In this document: piece after piece, positions 57,132 to 64,000 of the stretch
How the letters are laid out: every line of letters begins with the position of its first letter
How positions within the stretch are numbered: position 1 is the stretch's first letter
NCBI GenBank assembly: GCA_943329925.2
Contig: CALQFT020000002.1
Location: 33 to 64,032 of the forward strand
DNA from: Opitutus sp. GAS368
Lineage (GTDB): Bacteria > Verrucomicrobiota > Verrucomicrobiia > Chthoniobacterales > Chthoniobacteraceae
Length of the DNA stretch: 64,000 bases
Reading direction: 5' to 3'
The notes under the pieces: model-generated
What the model saw: only the letters and a program-made list of their open reading frames with translations
What the model was told of the DNA's origin: nothing
Databases searched by the model: none
Translations under genes and position numbers: made by a program

Positions 57132-58321
57132 GCACCTCGGTTTCGACGTTGTGAAAATTTGCGCCAAGCCCCATCGATCCATTGCCGCAAGGCTGCCCGA
57201 AATACCCTTGGTTCAAATCCCATGGCGTTGTTTCTCAGTGTGTTGGGATCAAATGTCATCGACTCGGATGCCAAAACAGCCTCCACGACGGCTTCAGCGG
57301 TTTGTTCGTAGAAAAGCACCCCTGTTATGCTGGGAATCACCGATTCGCAGGCTCCCCCCTTTCCGTATGCAATAACCGGTGTTCCAGCTGCCTGCGCCTC
57401 CACCGGCACGAGTCCGAAATCCTCCTCGGCCGCAAATAAAAGAGCCCTAGCCTCTCGGAGCGCTATATCGACTTCCTTTTGGGGAAGGCGTCCGAGTAAC
57501 CGGACGTTGTCGGGAAGGTCCCGTGCCAACCTGTTGCGCTCTGGTCCGTCCCCGATAATTTTCAAGGTGCGCTCTGGCATTTTACGGAATGCTTCAATCA
57601 AGATATCCACCCGTTTGTACGGAACCAAACGGCCGAGGCTCAGGTAGTAGGAGCGAGTTTTTTGCGTATCAGTTTTATCATCTGCCTGGATTCCGGCCAC
57701 CGGCGGATAAATAACCACGGCCCTGCGCCGGTACACCTTCCAGATTCGCCGTGCAATGAAGCGCGAGTTGGCGGCGAAGGCGTCGACTCCGTTGGGTGTT
57801 CGGCAATCCCAGAGCCGGATGTAGTGTAGAAGAGCTCTTGCCAGAAAGCCCCGGATTCCTTTGTCGCGCCGGGTTTGCCGCAGATATTGCTCCTGAAGAT
57901 CCCATGCATAGCGGGCGGGGGAGTGGCAATAACACAAGTGCAATTGATCCGGTCCGGAGAGGACCCCTTTGGCGACGGCGTAGGAGCTGGAGATGATTAG
58001 ATCAAAGCTGGAGAGGTCGAAGTATTCGATCGCCAAGGGCATCAATGGTAAAAACCCCCGGTAGAAACGGCGGGCCCAAGGGATGTGTTGCAGAAAGGAA
58101 GTATTCACAGGCTTGCCGCGCAGAAAAGAGCGGTCAGCCTCTGGTATAAAGTCCAGCAAACTATATAGTTCCGCTTCTGGAAAAACTTCTAAAATTTCTC
58201 CAAGCACGTGCTCTGCTCCTCCCACTTCGGGCAACCAATCGTGGACGATGGCTATGCGTTTCGGAGGTGGGAATTGCCCGCGCGCTCCTTCATCGACATG
58301 CATACCGATAGGCGCGTTCAT
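57125..58321 (-). CDS. glycosyltransferase family 4
   Basis: RIAIVHDWLPEVGGAEHVL... is the GT4 N-terminus. The C-terminal half carries an EX7E-like region (FAAEEDFGLVPVEAQAAGTPVIA). ATG 58321 overlaps the upstream stop (ATGA). Confidence 0.85.
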   Translation of the reverse strand: MNAPIGMHVDEGARGQFPPPKRIAIVHDWLPEVGGAEHVLGEILEVFPEAELYSLLDFIPEADRSFLRGKPVNTSFLQHIPWARRFYRGFLPLMPLAIEYFDLSSFDLIISSSYAVAKGVLSGPDQLHLCYCHSPARYAWDLQEQYLRQTRRDKGIRGFLARALLHYIRLWDCRTPNGVDAFAANSRFIARRIWKVYRRRAVVIYPPVAGIQADDKTDTQKTRSYYLSLGRLVPYKRVDILIEAFRKMPERTLKIIGDGPERNRLARDLPDNVRLLGRLPQKEVDIALREARALLFAAEEDFGLVPVEAQAAGTPVIAYGKGGACESVIPSITGVLFYEQTAEAVVEAVLASESMTFDPNTLRNNAMGFEPRVFRAALRQWIDGAWRKFSQRRNRGAW

Positions 58322-59637
58322 TTTATTAAATTTGTAGGCATCCAAACCCGCGCCCTCGAAGCTGCCGCGGTATCTGTTGCAGCTCTATTGGCTGTTTGGA
58401 GAATGGCGTTGTCGCTGAGCCCGCCTTCCAGCCACGGCCACTGCCGTCGGCGGTGAACGCCGGGATTAAAAACAGTCTCCCAAACTTGCTCCATTTCGCG
58501 GGCGACACGTTCGCTTTGAAAGCATTCCAGCGCCCTAGCCCGGGCTGCCTTGGCAAAATTGCGGCGCTGTTCAGGCGCATTCAAAAGCTGCTCTATTGCA
58601 GAGCACAACGCATCTGGATTGTCCGCAGCGAAAAGCACTCCACAGCGGCCGTAATCCAGCAACTCCGGCACTCCTCCCGCATTGGCTCCCACTATTGGTA
58701 CGCCTGCCGCCATTGCCTCTAGGACGACGTTCGGACAGGGATCCGGCATCGTGCTGGCATGCACGAAAATGTCCCACTGACGGATGCGCTGTGGGACGTC
58801 ATCCACCTGTCCAGTATAGAGCACGTTTTCTTTCAAAGTGCATGCAGTGGCGAAGCGCTGCAGCCGCTTCTGGTAGGCTTCCTGCGCGAAAAGGGGGCCA
58901 CCCAGAATTTCAAACTGAATTTTCCAGCCGCGCTCCAGCAGCTTTGCTGCGGCTTCGATAAAAACGTGCTGCCCTTTCCCTGGGCAAATGCGTCCGGCAA
59001 TCCCCACCCGCCAAGGGCCGTTATGCTCTAGGGAAGGCAATGGAGCTGGATTTTCAAAGCACGCCTCCTCCAATCCATCATACACGATCGCGCACTTTTT
59101 AACTGCAAGCTGACCAAAGGCATCCTGAGCGACACTCTGTGAAGCACTCGCTACACGATCCGGGAGGTGGCGCGCTAAAAATCGCATCATTTGAAGCGCT
59201 GCGCCCGGCAGGCAAGCTGGATGTAGAGCGTCTCGTAATCGCCAGACCAAGGAAATACGCGCCGCTGCCGCAGCTAAGCCTCCCAGCACATGCGCTTTCA
59301 TCGAATTGGTATGTACGATGTCCACGCCGCGTTCTTTAAAAAAGCGTCTGAGCGTCAGGACGTACCGTGCCGCGGCAAGGGGCAGTTTCGTGCGCAAGCA
59401 GAAGTCAAGGTGGAGCTCCTCTTTGCGGACCTTGGCAATACCCTCGCGCATCGGAAGCACATAGGTTTCCACGGATCGATTGCGCAGCAGCTCCACCGCC
59501 GGCCCAGCCTCTCCAAAAACCACCACTGGATGCCACCGCTCCCGATTCATGGCGGCAATGAGACGGGCAAGAGCGTACTCCGCGCCGCCCATTTCTGCGG
59601 TGTGATTGACAAAACAAACCACGCGTTCCCTCTGCAT
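58318..59637 (-). CDS. glycosyltransferase family 4
   Basis: VVCFVNHTAEMGGAEYAL... and HASTMPDPCPNVVLEAMAAGVPIVGANAGGVPELL. ATG at 59637. Confidence 0.85.
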   Translation of the reverse strand: MQRERVVCFVNHTAEMGGAEYALARLIAAMNRERWHPVVVFGEAGPAVELLRNRSVETYVLPMREGIAKVRKEELHLDFCLRTKLPLAAARYVLTLRRFFKERGVDIVHTNSMKAHVLGGLAAAAARISLVWRLRDALHPACLPGAALQMMRFLARHLPDRVASASQSVAQDAFGQLAVKKCAIVYDGLEEACFENPAPLPSLEHNGPWRVGIAGRICPGKGQHVFIEAAAKLLERGWKIQFEILGGPLFAQEAYQKRLQRFATACTLKENVLYTGQVDDVPQRIRQWDIFVHASTMPDPCPNVVLEAMAAGVPIVGANAGGVPELLDYGRCGVLFAADNPDALCSAIEQLLNAPEQRRNFAKAARARALECFQSERVAREMEQVWETVFNPGVHRRRQWPWLEGGLSDNAILQTANRAATDTAAASRARVWMPTNLIK

Positions 59638-59751
59638 AAAGACCCCTCCTTTCGGCCCCAATTTCTGCGTTGAAGCCTTTGCTAACTAGCCGTAGTCACC
59701 TGTACTCAGCTACTTTTTGCAATCCAGCGTCCCCTCCGACAAACTCCCAAA

Positions 59752-59799
59752 CCATTTCGCCATTTCGCCATTTCGTCTTTTCGCCATTTCGTCTTTTCC
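59752..59799. repeat. 8-bp tandem repeat CCATTTCG / TCTTTTCG x6
   Basis: A direct read: ccatttcg ccatttcg ccatttcg tcttttcg ccatttcg tcttttcc. It lies in the divergent intergenic region. Confidence 0.8.
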
Positions 59800-60010
59800 C
59801 AAGAACCCGCCCCCCTCCAGTGCTCTCTCCGATTATTGCATCCCGATGCACCACGGTGCGTCCTTCGCGAAATACGTTACACCCTTAGCTACGGATTTCG
59901 AGAGCGTGCTGGGGGGAGATAAATCTAAATTGCCGCGCCCCCATTCGCTCGGTTGTGGGGCGGGCTCCTTTGGTTTGGAAGTTCGAGGCGGCACTGGCTT
60001 CTTTTGAGTC

Positions 60011-60045
60011 GCTGATTCTGGGGGCTGATTCTGGGGGGCTAATGC
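60011..60045. repeat. 13-bp tandem duplication GCTGATTCTGGGG x2 plus a partial copy
   Basis: A direct read: gctgattctgggg gctgattctgggg ggctaatgc. Confidence 0.7.
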
Positions 60046-60125
60046 ATGAAAACTTTGCGCACTGAGCGCAACGGCCTCAATATCCGTTGTCACCCCCCGC
60101 CCCCGCCCCATTTTTTTCGCTCCCC

Positions 60126-61136
60126 ATGCAGCTTTGCGTTCTCCAGCCCGGTAGCCGGGTTCCCCAACAACTCTTCACTGATTTCGCCGGCGCGCCGGAC
60201 CCCGCCAAGCATCCGCCCACAGGATACCACGGTTTTGCGGCTTGCTCCGGCGGCGGCTTTTACCGGGATGACGCCGCGATTCCCGAGGGTGAGCGCCGAG
60301 TCTTGCTGGTACTCACTCGCAACTTAAAGGCTTGTCGCCAAGCCGCCATCAATCTGAGACGTGCAGGAAAAACCCTGATTCTAGCATGGGAAAAACCCGG
60401 CACCTTCGCCTTGGATGCCCTTATCCGTTCACCGGGTGATTTGGCCCTGTTTCGCGATATCTGTGGCCGTGCCAATGGGGCCATTGCCGTCACCCCAGAA
60501 CTGGAGCCCGTTTTCCGCGGAGGCGGCATTTTGCATGTAGAGACGATTCCCACGCCGCTGCCGGTGGAGGAAGTGGCGTGGGATTTTTCAGGACGCCCAG
60601 AGCAACGGCACGGCATTATGGTGGGAAGTTTTGATCGGCACGATCCGGCGCGGCGACATTTGGCGGCATTGCTTGGTCTGCGGGATGTGGCGTCCCAGAT
60701 GTATGAGCCGGTGACGGTGATGAACTTGGACGGGTGGCAGGGGCGGCGCTGGCTGCGGCAACTGGGTTATCCCTCGGGAATGCTGCGGGTGATCGAGGCG
60801 AGGCTTCCCTACCCTGAATATTTGCGTCGGATGGCAGAGCACAAACTTGTATTTCAACTAGACGCATCCGGCGGGGTCGGGAGTGTGGCTGGGGATGCGC
60901 TACTGTGCCGGGTGCCTTGCATTGGGGGAAATGGGATAATAGAGCGTATTGTTTTTCCGGAGTTGTGCGGGCACGGCGCGACGGCTCCTGATTTACTACA
61001 TTTGACCTCGAGGATGCTAGACCACGGACATGACCGGGATTCGGCAGTGGAGCAGGCGCTGGTGCTGGCGAAGCAGCGGCTCTCTTTCGAAGTCATTCAG
61101 CAATCCCTGGAGCAGTTATTTCACTGCTTCGGCTAG
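60126..61136 (+). CDS. hypothetical protein, weakly GT-B glycosyltransferase-like C-terminus
   Basis: A long ORF (ATG 60126, MQLCVLQPG). The C-terminal GSVAGDALLCRVPCIGGNG resembles the donor-binding region of GT-B enzymes. The assignment is weak. Confidence 0.4.
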   Translation: MQLCVLQPGSRVPQQLFTDFAGAPDPAKHPPTGYHGFAACSGGGFYRDDAAIPEGERRVLLVLTRNLKACRQAAINLRRAGKTLILAWEKPGTFALDALIRSPGDLALFRDICGRANGAIAVTPELEPVFRGGGILHVETIPTPLPVEEVAWDFSGRPEQRHGIMVGSFDRHDPARRHLAALLGLRDVASQMYEPVTVMNLDGWQGRRWLRQLGYPSGMLRVIEARLPYPEYLRRMAEHKLVFQLDASGGVGSVAGDALLCRVPCIGGNGIIERIVFPELCGHGATAPDLLHLTSRMLDHGHDRDSAVEQALVLAKQRLSFEVIQQSLEQLFHCFG

Positions 61137-61171
61137 GCATTTGGGAGGTTTTCGCTAAGTCTGCTTCACCC

Positions 61172-63538
61172 ATGCCCCGTTTCCGTTTGCGCCGAATTCT
61201 ACAGCTTGTCGTGTTACTCCTCGTTGGAGTGGTGCTGTGGGCGGCGTGGTATGGGGCCAAACGCGGACTGACACGTAATTGGAGGGAGAGGGTGTTCGCG
61301 GAGTTTCGGGCGCAGGGGATCGAGATAACGTTTAAGAAGCTCACCGCGGACGCACTGCGTGGATTTGTGGCACGGGATGTCACAATTTTTGATGCGAACG
61401 ACCACCAGCGTGTTTTGGCAGAGGTTGACAAACTTACGCTCAATGTGGACTGGAGCCGCTTGCTGCGACGGCGCTCGTTTGTCAGCGCACTGGAGTTGCG
61501 AAATGCCAGGCTTTCTCTGCCGTTGAATCGCCGGGATCCCAAAAGCCGCCGTCTTGAAGTGGAGCATTTGCAGGCGCGGTTGTTGTTTCCTGAGAAACAA
61601 ATCCGCCTTGTCCATGCGGAGGCCAGCATGCTGGGGTTTCAGGTCAGCGCGGAAGGCTGGCTCTCTAATCCCGCTTCGACCAAGGAGAAGCAGTCCGGCG
61701 AGCAGCCTTCGTGGCTACCCGGCGTGGAGCGTGCGTTGCAGGAACTCGAGGCGGTGCAATGGAGAGGTGCGGCGCCTCGTTTGCGGGTTCAATTTACTGG
61801 TGACATGAGCGCGCCGGAGTCGGTTGCGGCGAGTTTACACGTTCAGGCGGAGGAGGCGACGGTGAGAGGGGTTGCGCTGGAGAGCTTGGTTTTGAGCGCA
61901 GCATGGCGCTCGGGGGCGTTGGAATTAGAAGAGCTTGCGCTGGAGGATAAGGGTGGTCGTCTGCATGCGGTGGGGCGTTTCACTCAGGAAGGCGGCTTCG
62001 AGGCGCGCGTGGAATCCACTCTGGATCCGGCGCAGATCGCGACGGCGCTTGGGCGGCCGCTGCCCACCGAATGGGTGCAATTCCAGCAGCGCCCCTCGGT
62101 GCAATTGCAATTGCGGGGGGCAACTTTCGAGAAAAAAGATGTGCACGCGACAGGCACGCTGGAGATGCCGGCCTTTTTGCTCAAAAAGGAGCCCTTTGAG
62201 AGCCTCAAGGCTTCGGGTTCTTGGGAGATGGAGCGTTGGTCGGTGCGTGAATTTCGCCTCGTCCACAAATCCGGCGTGCTTACGGCCGATCTCATGCAGA
62301 TCCCGGACGACTTCCGTGTGCGACTCACCAGCACTCTCCCAACGGCGTTATTTGAATTGGCCCTTCCCGAACCGGCGCCGCAAGGGCCGCTGCGCTGGCT
62401 CCAAAATAAGGAGCCGTTACGTGTGGAGGTGGAGGCTCGCGGCAAGACGCCTGAATTGGCGGCCTGCGCGGTTTGGGGGCGAGTGGAGGTGGGGAAGTCG
62501 ACTTTCCGCGGAGTCGCGCTGGAGCGGTTTACTTCGCCGTTCGCCTTTAAGGGCGGGGTCTGGTCGTTCGGCCCGCTACAACTAAAGCGTACGGAGGGCG
62601 TTGGGGAGGGAAGCGTGACCTACGACGCGGTGCACAATGATCTTTTTCTCCACGATTTACGCCTGCGTTTGAATCCGGTGGACACCATGAAAATGATCGA
62701 GCCAGAGTGGTTGGAAGAGGTCTTGCCGTATAGGTTTAAGGGCGAACCTCCGTTGGTGACGGTTCGTGGGAAGGCCGCGCCGCAGACGCCGGACCGCACA
62801 AACTTGCTGGTGGATGTGACGAGCAAGACTGGGATGGACTATGATTTCGCTGGTAAGACCCTGTCGTTTAACCAAATTACGGCCAAACTTGTCTTTATTC
62901 CACATCGGGTTCAGATCAGTTCGTTGGACGGCGAGCTTTTTGGGGGGCACCTTGCCGGCAATGTCGATATTGCGGTCAGACCGAACTCCTCGCCCCACAA
63001 GGCGTCCCTTTACATCACCAACATGGATTTCGCGCCGTTGAGCCGCTTGTACACAGGGTATGACGAGTCCAAGGGAAAGCTGAACTGCTCGTTTTTGTGG
63101 AAGGGGGACAGCGACAATGCGCGACTAGTGGACGGCTCGGGCGAACTGACCATCACCGATGGCAACGTGTTTGCCATCCCTTTTCTCGGGCCGATTTCCG
63201 GCATCCTGAACTCCATCTTGCCTGGCTTGGGAATGAGCAACGCTCACAAGGCCACCGCCACCTTTACCATCAAAAAAGGCGTTTTCAACACGCCCGACCT
63301 GCATGTCGACGGTGCTGGCTTTTCGCTCATCGGCCACGGGGATCTGCGCTTCCTGGACGACGCCATGCAATTTTACGCCCGCATCAACGCCCGGGGCATT
63401 CCTGGGTTGATGTTGTTCCCAGTCAGCAAGTTGTTTGAATACGAATCGGATTCGAAACTCTCCAAGCCTGTCTGGAAAGCCCGCCTTCTTCCCAAGGGCG
63501 AGAAGGAAAAGCCACCGGTTGAAGCACCCGCTCCGTAG
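61172..63538 (+). CDS. AsmA/TamB-like large envelope protein
   Basis: 788 aa with an N-terminal TM anchor (ILQLVVLLLVGVVLWAAW). It has long beta-rich repeats and a C-terminal AsmA-like block (GELTITDGNVFAIPFLGPISGIL...FTIKKGVFNTPDLHVDGAGFSLIGHGDL). Confidence 0.5.
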   Translation: MPRFRLRRILQLVVLLLVGVVLWAAWYGAKRGLTRNWRERVFAEFRAQGIEITFKKLTADALRGFVARDVTIFDANDHQRVLAEVDKLTLNVDWSRLLRRRSFVSALELRNARLSLPLNRRDPKSRRLEVEHLQARLLFPEKQIRLVHAEASMLGFQVSAEGWLSNPASTKEKQSGEQPSWLPGVERALQELEAVQWRGAAPRLRVQFTGDMSAPESVAASLHVQAEEATVRGVALESLVLSAAWRSGALELEELALEDKGGRLHAVGRFTQEGGFEARVESTLDPAQIATALGRPLPTEWVQFQQRPSVQLQLRGATFEKKDVHATGTLEMPAFLLKKEPFESLKASGSWEMERWSVREFRLVHKSGVLTADLMQIPDDFRVRLTSTLPTALFELALPEPAPQGPLRWLQNKEPLRVEVEARGKTPELAACAVWGRVEVGKSTFRGVALERFTSPFAFKGGVWSFGPLQLKRTEGVGEGSVTYDAVHNDLFLHDLRLRLNPVDTMKMIEPEWLEEVLPYRFKGEPPLVTVRGKAAPQTPDRTNLLVDVTSKTGMDYDFAGKTLSFNQITAKLVFIPHRVQISSLDGELFGGHLAGNVDIAVRPNSSPHKASLYITNMDFAPLSRLYTGYDESKGKLNCSFLWKGDSDNARLVDGSGELTITDGNVFAIPFLGPISGILNSILPGLGMSNAHKATATFTIKKGVFNTPDLHVDGAGFSLIGHGDLRFLDDAMQFYARINARGIPGLMLFPVSKLFEYESDSKLSKPVWKARLLPKGEKEKPPVEAPAP

Positions 63539-63628
63539 CGCAGGGGGCTCAACTGTAGGCGGATTTCCCATTCTTTTTAAGATAATCGGCGCCTCACTTT
63601 TTGCACCCCATCTGGGCCACTTAATTCC

Positions 63629-64000
63629 TTGAAAAAATTATTCCTTATTCTGTCCATTCTCCTCCTCCCACTGGTGGTGCCCGCCGCTTGGGCGGAGGGT
63701 CCTGTTCTTTTGGATTTGGAATACGCTCGAATTGGAGACCAATCGCAGGCGCTTGATTTATTTCTTCCAGACGGAAAACCGGCGGGGCTTGTTGTCTACA
63801 TCCATGGGGGTGGCTGGCGTTCTGGATCCAAGTTGGACTGCCCCATCCGGAGCCTTCGGAACAAGGGTGTCGCGGTTGCCAGTGTGGATTACCGTCTGAG
63901 CGGAGTTGCTCGGTTTCCGGCTGCTGTTCACGACATAAAGGCAGCGATTCGTTTTTTGCGCACGTGCTCTGAAAAATTTGGTTATCCCAGCGATAAAATT
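63629..64000 (+). CDS. alpha/beta hydrolase (esterase), 5' partial at window end
   Basis: My translation from TTG 63629 gives (M)KKLFLILSILLLPLVVPAAWAEGPVLLDLEYARIGDQSQALDLFLPDGKPAGLVVYIHGGGWRSGSK...YRLSG..RFPAAVHDIKAAIRFLR. The frame is open to the window edge. Confidence 0.7.
   Translation, partial: MKKLFLILSILLLPLVVPAAWAEGPVLLDLEYARIGDQSQALDLFLPDGKPAGLVVYIHGGGWRSGSKLDCPIRSLRNKGVAVASVDYRLSGVARFPAAVHDIKAAIRFLRTCSEKFGYPSDKI

Noticed and set aside
56515-57216. Alternative-frame ORFs inside the O-antigen ligase gene (for example 56515-57216 minus strand, 56598-57098 plus strand)
   Set aside because: Their out-of-frame or antisense translations are Arg/Pro/Gly-rich. The polytopic membrane-protein frame with the Wzy_C motif explains the region.
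60011-60045. GGGGCTGATTCTGG, identical to the 5' end of E. coli tmRNA as I recall it
   Set aside because: The match is only ~14 nt and is part of a 13-bp tandem duplication. I see no downstream tag-peptide reading frame, no pseudoknots, and no T-arm/ACCA 3' end.
38529-60045. Tandem repeat arrays read as CRISPR
   Set aside because: The units are 8-13 bp and directly abutting, without spacers. No cas genes are present in the window.

Overview
This is a densely coding chromosomal window, moderately GC-rich by eye (not computed). It most likely comes from a Verrucomicrobiota/PVC-type bacterium. That is an inference from the DUF1552/DUF1592 heme-protein pair, a Tat-signal protein and many PVC-style hypothetical proteins. 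All calls rest on motif recognition in the supplied ORF translations and on my own reading of the DNA; no database search was possible.

Most of the content is housekeeping:
- acpS-pdxJ-purH, ppc, nth, rplT-rpmI, a solitary rpsN, pdhAB, glmS and glgC
- a split pta, a COG0523 GTPase, aroB and purC
- prs-rplY-pth, rpsF-ssb, bamA-skp-lpxD and an S41 tail-specific protease
- a GT4-GT4-O-antigen-ligase cluster next to an AsmA-like protein

I recognised no rRNA, tRNA or CRISPR array.

The main things worth a second look:
1. An orphan flagellin gene (32510-33808) whose central variable region reads as a C-type lectin-like domain. It sits in a lower-GC patch beside a ureG relic and a putative porin.
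2. A palindromic MITE/REP-like element of about 150 bp, present twice in inverted orientation (18031-18182 and 25495-25648). One copy cleanly interrupts an otherwise intact L-rhamnose mutarotase gene and is flanked by an imperfect direct repeat.
3. Several unrelated 8-13 bp tandem direct repeats confined to intergenic regions. Three are 9-mers containing TAG, and one of these gives four in-frame TAG codons at the end of a gene.
4. A rhomboid-like protein lacking the catalytic Ser.
5. A pta gene split into two genes in swapped domain order.
6. An unusually long structured rpmI-rplT spacer.
7. A decayed IS1634-like transposase at the window start.
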